DNA of 62,816 nucleotides, the filler included, from Choristocarpus tenellus KU-1152 (Eukaryota > Protista > Phaeophyceae), in assembly GCA_964200185.2 (NCBI GenBank). It is 8 parts of 8 records of this genome, joined end to end, with 100 filler letters (N's around TTAATTAATTAA, not from the genome) between each part and the next. Parts side by side here need not be neighbours in the genome. Positions count along the whole stretch, not along the records: positions 21,027 to 28,639 come from CAXNAD020005872.1; positions 28,740 to 31,244 come from CAXNAD020027251.1; positions 31,345 to 43,543 come from CAXNAD020001927.1; 5 more parts are not named here. One strand, given 5' to 3'. Shown piece by piece: positions 24,154 through 37,753 of the stretch. Under the pieces are notes generated by a model. That model was not told where the DNA came from. It searched no databases and saw nothing but the letters and a program-made list of their open reading frames with translations. The position numbers and the translations under genes were made by a program. Numbering within the stretch: the stretch's first letter is position 1; every line of letters starts with the position of its first letter.

Positions 24154-27046
24154 GTGAGTTGAACACTCTACTGTTCGATTTTTTGGTACCATTTTAAGGG
24201 AGGTGGTTGAGGTATTGCTAATATCTGTCAAAAAATAATAACAATAATAATAATAATAATCATAAGTATAATACTGTAGGCACTAGTGTCGATACAAATA
24301 TAGTTGGGAGCAGTGTTGGTGCTGGAATAGGCCTTGATACTTTGATTTGTCACATGTGAATCCAGTGTTGGAGAATGACCACAGTGCTGAGGCTGAGGCT
24401 GGCAGTAGGGGGTTGAGCGTACAGGCTAAGGGTGGGCTTAGAGTTGGGGCTGGTTCAGAGTTTAGGCAGGCAATGATGAGGGGGAAATAGTCAAAATATA
24501 CAAGAGGTACCCAGGGTTGAAGTTTTAAGGATGCTGACAAATGCACAATGTACAACTTAATGTACAAATGGCTATAGGGACTTTTCTATCTTCTGAAAAA
24601 AAAAATAATAATAATAGGAAAATTAACACGACTCAATTCAATCTCAGCTCTTATCCTTAGAAATATGGGTGAATTGCCAGAGATAAAGAAAGTGACTTAA
24701 AAGGCACCACAGCCAAAATCTTGGTACCTCTCAAATACTTTGGCTCAAAGGTTGCCTTGATGTAAATCAATGCAAGTTGAAATCTCCCAAGGGGGCATTT
24801 CTGGTTACATTCTGTCATGGTGGGTACCAGCTGTGGTTGACGTTTACTACTGGTAGACAATCGAGTTTGCAGGTCACATCCTGCAAGGCTGTGAACTCCA
24901 GATCCCTATTACCACTATAGGATGAACGATGCAACAACAGACTTTCTTGTATTAGCCATGAGTCCAAATATCCAATTCACCGGCAGCATTGAAGTGTGAG
25001 CAGATATTGCCTTGGAGGGAAAATTGAGAGTCAGATTATTCTACTCCAAGTATTCATCTAATTTTATTATTTTCACAACAATAAGAAAAAAAAGGCAAGG
25101 GATATCTGGACAATGCCTCTCTACCAGGAAAACTTGAACTCATACTCCCAAGTGCAGAACTAGCTTGTTGTTGTGCACAGAAAATACCCAAGAATTATGT
25201 CCCCCATGGCAGCTCTAGAGGACCCGCAGCTTCATCTTCAGGGTGACAAAATATACGCCTAGGTCAGAACTGGCAAGTGTTGGCAATGGCCTGCCACTAT
25301 CCCAGACCTCGGGTGACTTCACAATTTTTTTTTAACAGAGTACTAACATTTTTCCTTGACAAAAAGAAATGTTTCAGACTTGAGTGTTGCAAAATGTATC
25401 ATATGTTAAAGTGAGCTTGTTGGACTGGAGTGTTACCATTACGCAAGACATTGTACTTGGTACATTTTTTCCTTCCTGCTGTTTCGAGGAAACAAAATAG
25501 TGTTGAGTGTTGGACATTGAGCTGAGCACACTCATGGATATAATATGTGTAATCTATGCGTTGAATTGGAGTATCAACATACGTAACTCAAGGTTACGTA
25601 CATTTTCACTCCAACTGTTACGGGATATAACACAGCATTTCATTGCTTCACAGTTGAAGCAAGGTGTGCAATATTGCGCCCTTTTTGATGGCCTCAAATT
25701 CTAGTCTACTGGAAAATGAGGTTACAAAGCGAGGGCACAAAGTTGGAGGTGGTAGTGTGCGTATATCCCTTTCAAGAAACGGTTGTTGGAGGATGAATAT
25801 ACGTAACTGACTCTACGGTGTTGTAGCACTTTTTGTAGTCTATCACCAATGACATCATGACACCGTAGGACTGCATGTGGCATGATCCTCTCAGACCCAA
25901 TCGCCCATGTCCACGTCTTTGCTTGATGCTTTTCAGAGTATCTCCTCCTCCCCCCTAAAAAAATACACAGATTTTGTATTTTGCACCACCAGATGCGGGA
26001 GAGTTATTTTGTAATTGGATTGACCCCTTAACTTTCTTCAAAATAACTTGCCGGCTACCTCATGCATACCAAAAACTAAGCACTGCCCAAAATTTGTACA
26101 CTTTGTGGAAGTGTGCTGCAGGATTTGATATTGGAAACGTTTTTTTTTGTCTACGTCTACATACTATGTTGTACTCCAAAGGACCAAATGGAAACTTCTT
26201 CATAGTTGAGGGACCGCATCATTGCTCAGAAACATGAGCACATACTCTGTACACCTTGTACCCCGTCCTGCTTCAAGTATTCTGTGACATGGGAGTGAAC
26301 ACGAAGTAAGTTACTGCCATTGAGGTACTGCCAGAAACACTTTCTTATCGGATACATCTCGTCCAGTCTGCTAAACTTGCTGCAGGGTGGTACCACTCTG
26401 CATGAAATATATTTTTCTCGTCCCAAGCCTTGGATGCTAAGACAAACCCCACAAGGAGTCATTCCACTTTGAGGTGTCTGGGGGATGATCTGGATAGGCA
26501 ACGAATAGCTTAATCCTGGGATTTTCAGAAATACCAAGCTCAACTTTTTGTTTGTGGAAGTGTCCATTGCAGAATCAGCTGGGAAGGTATGACAGGAGCC
26601 TACCCCTAATCCTTGAATACAACAATGTTCCAGTGGCAGCAGAGAAGGACCCTCCATTTGACATTTACAGTGGGGTTCTTGTGGAGGAGACCCCATCAAC
26701 AAAAGGGAGAAAAAAGTTGCAATGTTGGCATGCTGTTGTAGGGAGGACTGGACTTTAGTTTTGAGCGATGAAGACCATGGGTAGAGTGTGGAAACGAATG
26801 TATCTAGACAGAGTGAATAAACACTAGGATACTTGCTGAAGTGGGTCAAGGTTGTCACCAAGGCTACTGCAGTCAGCTCTTCCACCCAAAATGACTTTTT
26901 CAACTCTGGATGATTTTCGATATCTAGCAGAATAGATGACCAAGCAATGATACTCTCCCCTAGCGCCTACAATTCCCCAACACATTTCAAAGCTCACTGC
27001 TGACCACACTCGCCGTGACACATCCATTCACCACATGCCTTCCTCC

Positions 27047-27110
<64 letters not shown>

Positions 27111-28484
27111 ACCCACCCCCTCCCCCGCCCCCCTCCCCCCCCCCCCCCCCCCCCCCCTCCCCCACCCCATTGATCCTGGAAATACTTTTACCACGACTTC
27201 AATAGATAACTGGAGCAACTCTGATCGGTCTCACCAGTGATGACCTCCAAGAAGAGTGCCTGAGAGTAAGAAACACCTTCCATTTGCGCAAGATCATGCT
27301 CCACATCAACAGGCTTGTTGATACGACCCTTGCCATTCATGGCAATAAATTGGAGGTGGAGTTTCTCAAAAGGTAAAACGGATTTCATAAAAAAAAGAAA
27401 ATAATACCCTCAATGACAGGCAAAGTACACCTTTTTTCTCTTTTTTTATTTAAACAAATCTCCACTTTGAAGCACTTACAAAGAATCGTTTCTGGTCAAT
27501 ACATCAGGTGATACTAACGCTGGTGTCTTATTGTAGCCGATAGTTGCACTGCCAGGTATGTTTTGCATTGTCTGGTGCTACAAATCGTTGTCGTTTGTTC
27601 TTTGCTTTGCTGAATTCCCCCTTTTTGTCTTAACTTACGACCGTTTGTTCAGACTGATATACAGGATAAAACTGTCATAAGAATATCGTCATAACACAAA
27701 CCAACGTTTCAGAATTGGGGTTTTCCGGGACAAAGAACAATTTCTAGATAACGGACAATTGGCAGGAAATAGCACACAAGCATTTGTCCCCATACGATGA
27801 ATATGACAGAAGAAACGATTCCATCCGATGGTTCTCAAAGAGAATCGACGATACAGAGCAAATGGTGGCAAACATTCGTTGGACAAAGAAACTTACAAGC
27901 TACGAGTTGTCGTGGATGACAGTTACATAGTCCTCCTTTTTGCGTATGGTGTCGTGATTTGAAGGATCCGTCAACATCAATAATGTCGATTTTCTCGATT
28001 GAATCGAGACACATATAGGACGTGCGAGGCAAGGCTCCGGAAGTTTCTGAGCACCGTGAGGGACGGTCATTAGGAAAAAGCTGATTTACCGTGAGGAAGC
28101 GAATCGCGTAGTTTGCAATTGTCCAATAATATAGTCAACTAGTCAACAAACAACAGCAGTTTTCAAAAATTGAGGATGGAGCTTTTCATTGAGGATGGGC
28201 TTGACCCAAAATTGACTGGGAGAAAGTGTCGATATGAAGACTAACTAAACAAAGAAAAAAAGGGAAGATCAGATTTCTATTTTGTTGTATAAATTAAAAA
28301 AAAAAATGACATCATCGAATCGTGTACGATTTTCACAGCACTAATTTGGCATATTTGTTCCATCTTTCTTCTTTATATTTTTTTCGTTTCATCCACACTT
28401 TCACAACCTCTGACTACAGGTTTGTGAGAAAGTCAAACAAAATGTGCAACAATGTGCACTCGGTACAGTATACAAAGTACTATT

Positions 28485-28639
28485 GGCTCAAAGTATCTCA
28501 GAGGGGGTGACGGCTGTCCATTTGGGGTCAATTTTTTCATATCACGATTTTTGGGTGATTCAGCTTCCATACGTCCGATGGATAATGTGAATGCACTTTT
28601 CCCGATTTTGGTCCAAATGGACAACCTCGTGTAGATCCC
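28485..28639 (+). mobile_element. MITE family A, truncated by the gap
   Basis: Near-identical to 21411-21565. Confidence 0.9.
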
Positions 28640-30225
28640 NNNNNNNNNNNNNNNNNNNNNNNNNNNNNNNNNNNNNNNNNNNNTTAATTAATTAANNNNN
28701 NNNNNNNNNNNNNNNNNNNNNNNNNNNNNNNNNNNNNNNATCCAGGAAGCATTCCGCTTGCTTGACGAGGCGCTCAAAACTTTCCACCGCAAAGGTGTTG
28801 AGGTTATCCTATTATTATATTACGATGTACAGAACCCTGATACATCTACAAAAAATGTCAGAGGGTATAATAATAAAATAACTCATTTACGTAACTGTTG
28901 TAAATTACATTATAGTATATACTAATACAAAGTGTTGGTGTATTGTTGGAGAACTTGGTTTGAAGGGATGCGTGTAGACTTTACAATAAAGTCGGTAACT
29001 CTCCACCATTGATCCCACCCACCAAAGATCATACAGGTGCTCCAAAGGTGTACACCAGAGTATCACCAACCTCTGATGATATTCGAAGGTATGTACGATG
29101 AAAATAGTTTGAAGAACGCTGTTTTTGGACAATTTGGAGGTGGCAGAGTAACCTTATCATACAAAGTACTGATCTTCGTTTGGCGTATGACGCTGGGTGG
29201 GTAATACATTCAAACCTGATTAAGTGCCACAGCCTCAAGTTCATCGCGATGTATCTGACGGATACTCACCTGTATATATGTGTACTCCGTATTATTGCAT
29301 ATTACGCAGTATATATCTAAGCACTCCTAACATCATCCATAAAATGCATGGACGATAGAACAAGTAGTCCGGCCACTTCAGAAGAAGCAAAGAACCACGA
29401 CTGTCTCCCTAACGTCACCCCTCAACAACCACCGTACTCTTTTCTTTAGGGCCAACCAAACAGCAGCCCAACGCGTACAGTAGTACCTGCTACCCCAAAC
29501 TGGGAACCAAATAAATATATGTGAGTGCAGCTAGTAGATACTTAGAGGATCGCACCAGCATCGACGAGAGGGCTACTCTTGGCACCTTTGTGTGAATTTC
29601 AGTCGAAAGTAGGCAAGTGATCCTAAACAGGTTCAAGCTTTTTACGAAATGTATTTATCAACAGGTGGTAACCAACATTCTGAATCACATCTTCACTACA
29701 ACAACAGCAACAGCTGTACGAGGTTGGTGCTAAAGAAAGACAAATGGGGGTGCTCATCATTGATCTCAGATTATCGATCGTTCTTCAATCTTGAGGGACC
29801 GTTCTCTGGTCGAATTGATCGAAAATAGTCGTTTGAGGCGTTGAAGGAAGTGCACGTATGCGCACCATTGGTGTGTGGGTGTCAGTCTATGATTAACAGA
29901 GTTTTGTTGTCATGTTGCAATTCCAGTAGCATGTAGAACTCAAATGGAGAAAGTATTTGTCACTCTCAATATAGCTTAGAGCGGAGCAGAGAGCACAGGC
30001 CCACAACTATGAAGAGCAGAAGGGATCCAAAAGAAGATTTCAATTCACTAGCACCACTTCTACCTGCCTTAGTTCTTTTGACTCACACATGAGTCAGAAT
30101 ATATCATGACGTTCAGGATTGATACCTATAGGCAACAAAGACATGCCAGATGTGCCCCTGCCACCTCAGCCATCCACGCAATCCTTATCAGGAGTTGAGG
30201 CTTCGGGTGGGGTACCTGTTGGACC

Positions 30226-30417
30226 GTGGAAAAGGCAATGAGAGTTCAAAAGGGAAAAGTTGCTTCACCTCCCGTGTGGTCGAAAAAATGGTGCGTGTGC
30301 GAAACTCTTGTTGCATCTCCAAGAAAATGCATTACTTATTGCAAAGATTGTCACTCAGTCGGGACTAGAAGGAATAAAGGATTCCTATTATTTCATCGAT
30401 GTCCAACAATAGTCTAG
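30226..30417 (+). mobile_element. Possible piggyBac C-terminal Cys-rich domain remnant
   Basis: KWCVCETLVASPRKCITYCKDCHSVG...GFLLFH resembles CxxC...TxxYCxxC...CFxxFH. No catalytic core or TIRs recognised. Confidence 0.35.
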
Positions 30418-30514
30418 ATAAGGTTACATGCATTTGTGTTTCATGTGCCACTCTCTGAACTCAAACGCTCTTCACCTACACTGCACTTCGTTCAGCCCTG
30501 CAACTTGTCTCTCT

Positions 30515-30616
30515 GTCTATCTGTATGTATGTACATATGTTTGTATGTGTGTGTATGCATGTATGCATGTATGTATGTGTTTGTATGTATGTGTACACAC
30601 ACATGACACACATACA
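30515..30616. repeat. Degenerate (TATG/TGTG)n microsatellite
   Basis: Read directly from the sequence. Confidence 0.9.
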
Positions 30617-33170
30617 TGACAATTCATCCTTTTCAAGTGAATAGAATGATAAACCCATATCCTCCTCCTTTCTACAGACAGCAGCAGTTACATGATTCTA
30701 CTTCACATACAAAGTATCACATTCCAGTATCACTAATTTTAATTCCAGTTCACTCAAAGAGAAGTGCAGCTTGTGCGTTGCCCACAGCACAACATCCCGC
30801 ACCACAAACTAATCACAGTCACCACCAGTACTTCAAAAACATTACCACCAGACTAATTGATGTGTGCCAACACTAGTAGTTGTATATCCCACTTTGCCAA
30901 GGCAGTTCATTGCTACCTTTTTTAATTTTTCTTTTACTTCATTGATCTGATGTAACTTATACTCTACTCTCACATTTCGTCTGCTCCTCACACTCACACG
31001 CATCGTTGTCTCCTCACTATTGAGCACACCCCACTCCTCAATCATGCCAGTGAATGTCAGAACCTTCACGGGTCAGGGTCCCACCTTCCTTTGCCTGCAT
31101 CATTGTCCTGCTGATATACTACTACAACGCTACCACTATGTGACCAATAGATGCTGCTCCAGATTGCAGTAGGATGTGGGATCAACTAGGGGTGTTCACG
31201 CAGGAACCCAAAAATATACTAACCAACCCCCCATGCACATCTATNNNNNNNNNNNNNNNNNNNNNNNNNNNNNNNNNNNNNNNNNNNNTTAATTAATTAA
31301 NNNNNNNNNNNNNNNNNNNNNNNNNNNNNNNNNNNNNNNNNNNNCTGGCCCCATCCCCCTGTGTGCTCGTTCGATTTTCCGTCTGGGCTTCGCCATCCTG
31401 CAGAGGCGAAACCATGTCTACCTATTCCCGAAGAGGAGTGGTTTGCTCTGCTTATGTCCCCCCCTTGCCCGTGCCTAACTAGGGAGTCGCCATTCCCATC
31501 CTCAATCACCTCCACCTCGTCCCCATGTGGGCACATGCCGTTCTCTGCCCATCCTTCTTCATTCTGCGAAAACGAGACCTGGGTATCTATTCCCGGAGCT
31601 GGGTTAATCTCTCCACTTATATCTGTTCCTTGCCCCTACCTGTCTCGTGCACCGTCGTCGCCTTCCTCCATCACCTCCACAACCCCATCCCCTCCTCCTT
31701 CAACTTTTCTTTTTCTATAATATATTAGAGAATAGAGGATAATTTGATGTGGGTAGAACTTTGGGTAGGAGAGTTGGGCTCGTTGGTACAAAATCAATGA
31801 GTTGATCTTCACCTACATACCCCCCCCCAAAAGAGCTTTACATATATGAGGCATCTGCAAGTCTACCATATACGCTTGATAGTGGAAAGCTAGGCTATGG
31901 CCGCAGCCTTCCACGTCACACATTTCTCTCTCTTTCAAAAAATATAACACATGGCAACCTTTTCCACGATTTTCGGCTGGCCATCCAAAAAGGGTGCATT
32001 TTCTGACCGGAATAAGAACCCACTCAGTTGCCGTAACGTCGTCTCAACGGACCTGTAAGAGCTATCCTTTGATGTGTGGGACGTTGTTTGCAGACAAAGC
32101 ACCTGAAAGGACCGCTGTGTGTCCTAAGAAAGTCAGACAAGAGTTTTTGAGGACCTCGATGTGGAAAAAGGAGTCTGGCCCTGGGCAGGAACCTCTCCGA
32201 ATTACTGATTCTCAGCGGAACCTGTGAAATAAAAGAACAGTGTGACACACGAAAAACAGATTGGGAATGTGAGTGTACAAATGGCGAGGAAGAACTACCT
32301 AGGCAACGTCTATACCGTGACGGTCAAAAACCACTCATTTACGACTATAAGTGGATGATGTGGCGGTCAGAGACCACTCATTGTACAACAATGGAGGATG
32401 ATCGTTCCCTCGGAGCCACAGATGCCATCACACCCACGGAGATGACGAGGCCAAGACGAAGAAACCCTGCAGACACCGAATGAAGATCACAAACCCAAGT
32501 GGGAAAATAAAAGAATCCAGGCGGACGTAGGAAGCTACAAAGAATCCTAAGTGTTGAGGCGAATACGGAGTATTCTCTCCAGTTTGAAGAGAAGTGGTAG
32601 GACCTCCATGTTACAGCGCCCCCCAAAACTCACCTGCACAGGATATGCAACTCCAATCCAACGACCTTAAAACGACGCTACGTGGGGGTTCACACCCATG
32701 ATGACCACATATGGTGTCAGTTGATGCTTAGCTCAATCGTTGTCTCGCTTTTCGCTTTATCAAAAGAGGGTAAGAATCAAAAGGACTGAGGTGTGTGGTC
32801 AACACTCAGCCTTTTATTAACATCATTCACCGTTTTTCTACAGCCAAAGAGTTAAATGAAGTCTGCAAACTGCTGTGTAAATACTCCATTCATAAATCTT
32901 TATTCTGCAACTTTCAGGAATTGGCAACTATTCTGTAAGATTATATATGCATTTCGAATCTTACTCTGCATCTTCTATCAATTCAAAGTTCCTCTTACGT
33001 TAATTCTTACGTATCTATACTGTTCGCGCATTTTGGCACGCAGAAAGAAATGCCCGCACTATTCGCCAGTAACAGATCGTGTCTGAGTTGAAGACAAAGA
33101 CCATGTGCCTTTGACCTCCCAATAAAATTTCAGGTATTACGCAGGTCTCGGTTTTTGGTGAGAGTTGTAG

Positions 33171-33430
33171 GGGTCAAAGTATCTTAGAGGGTAGAGCCGC
33201 GTCCATTTGGGGGCCAAAATCCAATGTTGCAATTTTGATGTAATTTTGGCTTATCATGTTAGTTAGGAGATGTCAATATCCTTGTTCCGGACACACCTTT
33301 TCATAACGTAAACATTTTACCTAGTCCGAAATATCTTGGAGTAGGTGAAATGTCATTTAAAACCTGTGAGAAGCCAAGCCCTGAATAGACAAACAGGGCA
33401 AATATCATACCCTCTAAGGTACTTTCACTC
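33171..33430 (+). mobile_element. MITE family B
   Basis: GGGTCAAAGTATCTTAGAGGGTA...TACCCTCTAAGGTACTTTCACTC. Confidence 0.9.
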
Positions 33431-33856
33431 GTTCCTTCCTATTGTGGGATATATCTCTTCTCTTAATAAGGAACATTTGTCTCTCATTGCAAATCCAAGA
33501 AGGATCGTGTAAGACCTGAAAGTAATTTATTAAATTGCTTCTTGCATGGGGGGTAGCACATAGACTTGAAGGCGAAAATAATCAGCGTTGAGAACTGTGC
33601 TTGACAGTGAATTTGCGAGATCGAAAGCCTTACGACCCAGTCTTTACTAGATTGTATCATCGTGAAACACCACTTGAATGCTGCATATTGTTTTTGAATC
33701 TCTGGAAGAAACAAAGCACTATAATTTCTACATATTTTATGTCGCTTTTTTATTATTCTGATTTCCTTCTGTATGGTAGAGAATTTCATTAGGTTGGCAG
33801 TCTAGGCGTTTACTACTTTGAGTAATAGTAGAAACCCTCCATCTTTTATTGTCCTA

Positions 33857-35545
33857 CTACCTCTTTGCCATATGTTTGTGCCACGAAACATCTGGGCTCG
33901 CTGAGCGAAAACGGCACTGAATCGGACGATAACCCCACAAAATGAAATTGAGTTGGCAATCTCAGCTTTCAGAAAAGGTGGGGGTCGAGGATCATCGGGT
34001 ACAAACTCGAGGTGCTTCAAGCCGTCAAAAGTAGGGGTCTTTGGGGGTGATTTTGAGACCAGAACTGGGCACTTCGAGGGTCAGAACGTCGACATGGCAA
34101 CCCCCCTGTCAACTCCCCCGCGTAGGAAGGGTGCCCAAGTGTCCCTGAATATTGGGGTTGCGCTTGCAGTGCGGCACGCCCTTGCGATGGTCCCTGGTGA
34201 GCATAAACTGCTGTGACACATTGGGCTGGCCCTTGCAGCAGAGTTTGGAGTGTCCGAGCATTACATGCGAGGGCTTTGGGAGGATGTTGCTGATCAGCTC
34301 GCTCGTGGCCGCATGCTTGACCTAGGGGTGGCGACATGTAGTGGGCAGCCTTCGGAGCTCACACCGACCAAGATGGCCGCAATACGTAGTATCAACTCCG
34401 ATAATTGGTCATCCACCGTGTGTCAGGAGACAATGAAGATGGTCGCCAAGGGGCTGAATCATAGTGCGAGCACCATAAACAGGTGGTTGGATGATATGGG
34501 GGCCATACCAAACTGCCACTGGATCAAACCCAAGTTTATGTTGTGACAAAAGGTACGGAGAACGGATGTTTGCGATCAAGTGGACCAGAAATGTGGTGTG
34601 TATGCCTCCTTGGCGAACACGATCCATCTGGGTGAAACCTGGTTTTACGTAATGGCTGATGGGGAAAAGGTTAGGATATTTCCACAGGAGGATGATAGTG
34701 ACCTTCCAGGGTTCCCTACTGTGTAGCACAAGAGTCATATCCCCAAAACCATGATCATTGCAGCTAATGCCTGCCCATATTCGGCTCAGAGCTTTGATGG
34801 AAAGCTTGATGTTTGGCGTATGTGTGCGCCAAAACGGCAGACAGGACAAGCAAAGAACCATAAAAAGGGGGATGTGTATGAGCAGGACTGTATTTAGACC
34901 ATTTGTGGTAGAGGAAGTGGTCCACATAGGAATTACTGCCTGCAATCAAGTATCGATGCCTTGGTTGCAGGAGAAGCAGGTTGCCATTCAGCAAGACGGT
35001 GCCACCCCCCACACCGGCAAGGGTAACTCAGAAATCTTGTCAGGGGCAGGGAAGATTGAGAGGCAGTCGATTAGGCTTGTGACACAGCCATCTAATTCCC
35101 CTGACCTCAATATCATGGACCTGTGCTGCTTCTTCAGGTCTTTGGAATGCCGGGTGATGGGAGAGCGGTTTGGGTCCGCTGAGGAGGTGGTGAAGGTCAT
35201 GAAGAAACAGTAGGAGGATTATAATGAAACCGCACTTGAGAGGGCTTGGCAGCTCCTTATTGTGGTGTACAATCAAGTAGTTAGATACAAAGGGGGGAAT
35301 GACTTCAGTGTGGAGCACACAGGGGTGAGGAAGAGGCAGTTGTCTGATGAGATTGAAAACACGCCAAAGGTAGACATGGAGGCTTTTTCTGTGGCTGATA
35401 AAATTGTGATGGATGGGAAGTAATAATAATAAAAAGAGCTGACCCTAACCAGAAATTCGTCACGGATTCCAAATCTTTCAGAAATTAATTTCATCATTTT
35501 CAAAAGTTATGGACATCGCAGCACAGACTTATGGCACGGAGGTAG
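33857..35545 (+). mobile_element. Full-length decayed Tc1/mariner element, plant-mariner (DD39D/Stowaway-master) type
   Basis: TA|CTACCTCTTTGCCATATGTTTGTGC ... GCACAGACTTATGGCACGGAGGTAG|TA gives TIRs plus a TA TSD. Transposase motifs IHLGETWFY, HKSHIPKTM, FDGK, IQQDGATPH, QPSNSPDLNIMD, YKGGNDF, with several stops and frameshifts. Confidence 0.95.
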
Positions 35546-37571
35546 TATATCTCGTATGAAAATCATCCTGGACAAGTTTTCTCTCCATAAATTATCGTGA
35601 CTGACCATCACTCTTATGGTTGAGCGTGCTTTTGAAATATACTCATTATGAAAGAAAAATGGAAATCTGGAGCATGCTGATCTTGGTAAATTAATTTGAT
35701 TGTGGGATCAGGAATTTGCTTATGTCTTCCAATGTGATGATGTCTGTGTGCGTGTACAGGCCTTTTTTTTCGGTCCACTAGTGTTTTCATGAATCCTGGA
35801 TAAGCATAGCTAAATGATTTCCTTCTACAGAACGGATTAGAGTATGTGACACGAGGCAGGGTGAGGGTGGTGGGTTACGATAGGGCTCCTCTTGAAGAGT
35901 AAGTAGGCCCTGTTCGACATGTGAATGATAGCAATCTATCAAGCACCACCCTAGCACCTGTCAAAATAGATAGGCCTTCTGCCGTATGGTAGTTGACATA
36001 ATCCGATCATAGGCGAGCATGACTTCCTACAACATACATACACCTACGTCATCGATATGACTTCATCCCTCAGTAGTTACTTGGTTACGTTTTTCAAAAG
36101 CGAGTGTACCCACCCAGTTCTATTCCTGGTAATGCCTCTAAAAACATGCTTCTGAGATTTTTCATGGGGTGTGTTTCTACCTCTCACACTCAAAAAATGA
36201 GAGCACTTTAGAGTACCTAGATATGTGTGTCTGTCCTGGTCCCTGCATCTGTTCACTAATTTCGTGCTTTGAATGAAATTTAAGAACTAGGGACTTTTTT
36301 TCGGGCAGGTCCCTCACTAATAATTCGGAAATGATCTACTTTCTGCTGACTTGGCTATTGGTCTTAAGCAGAGTGGCACTACTTCGACATTTACCCTGAA
36401 CAATATCACATAGTATCTTCAACAGGTTTTTCTTAGTCAGCTATAACAAGGAGTGGGTTGAATGCAACGATTAATATGTTCTTGGTGAATACTCACAGTG
36501 GTGTTCCTTGCATGTTTCTTAGCACTACAGCTACTGCTCATGCACAACAGAAAGATGTCACTCCTTGCCCAACCCAAAGTTGGAGGTCAAATCGGTTCAT
36601 GGCATATACATTATTTCCACCATAAAAATTGTGGTGGGGTCGAGCCCCTTCAAATCAACGTGTTTCAAGTACATACATAAGATACTACAAAATATCTTGG
36701 CAGGTATACACCAGTGACCACGTGCCTCTGAACCCTAGTTGTATTGTGCCACCTAGTGGTAGTAAGCCAAAGTAAACGAGAGGTACCCAGGTTTTGACCG
36801 TTTGACCCTAGTCTCTTGTAATTCACCGATATTTCTATGGATGAAGTGCTAAGTTCGACTTGAGATGTTCGTTTTCTCTGTTTGCAAAGTTTAGACAGAA
36901 TATAGAAAATATACTACAGGCGTGAGTAAAAATAGACGAATTTTGCACAAATTTGCAACTTTGGGTATCACTCGTTTTTACTTCGACTCAGTGTAGAAAA
37001 AGGCACTGTAGACATGCCTGTTGTCCATGCTGCAACATATTATTTTCTCTTCTTGCATATACTTCATGCTTGCAATATCTCCCAGGAAAGCAATAAATTG
37101 AGTTCTAAATGATGCTTTGTTGACTGATTGATGAGGTAGGATCAGAACGAGTAGTAAGCAGCTTGCTTGAAAAACTTAGACCATTTTCATACGAGTAAAA
37201 CAATAAATCCTCTGAGGTACGGAATGTACAACAACAGGCAGATTGGGGGTTTGGTTGAACGGATGGATAAAAAGGAAGTTAAATGGATCAACCCAAATTA
37301 GCCACTTCCAGGAGAATTGGAATCGAAAAACATGACCATCAAGAAACCAAGTAACCTAGACCTGGTGCCACTACTCCTGGCCCACGATAATAATGACCAG
37401 GGAATGATGGATAAGCAAGGCGTGGCACCAAAAAACGGCAGTTAGGAGCAGCAATACAACTTGACGACATTGGGAAGGCAAATTTTTCAAAACACCTTAC
37501 AATACTACTTAAAAGCACTACAAAAAGATGCCTCCCCGTCAATGATCAATGTATGTATGTGTATGACAAGT

Positions 37572-37753
37572 GGCTCAAAGTATCTGGAGGGGGGAAGCGG
37601 CGGTCCATTTGGGGTCAATTTTTTCATGTTGCGATTTGTGGGTGATTGGTTGCATACGTCGGGTGGATAATGTAAATGCACTTTTCCTGATTTTGACCCA
37701 AATGGACACACCCTGGTGTAGACCCCTTCCCCCACCCCCAGATACTTTGAGTC
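37572..37753 (+). mobile_element. MITE family A
   Basis: GGCTCAAAGTATCT...AGATACTTTGAGTC, flanked by AAGT/AAGT. Confidence 0.9.

Noticed and set aside
25974-26903. 225-aa minus-strand ORF and a plus-strand MuDR-like hint (FIVEGPHHC)
   Set aside because: No recognisable catalytic motifs or splice structure; too weak to call.
26994-27218. Poly-Gly ORF and roughly 120-nt C-run
   Set aside because: Homopolymer tract of unreliable length; the ORF is an artefact.
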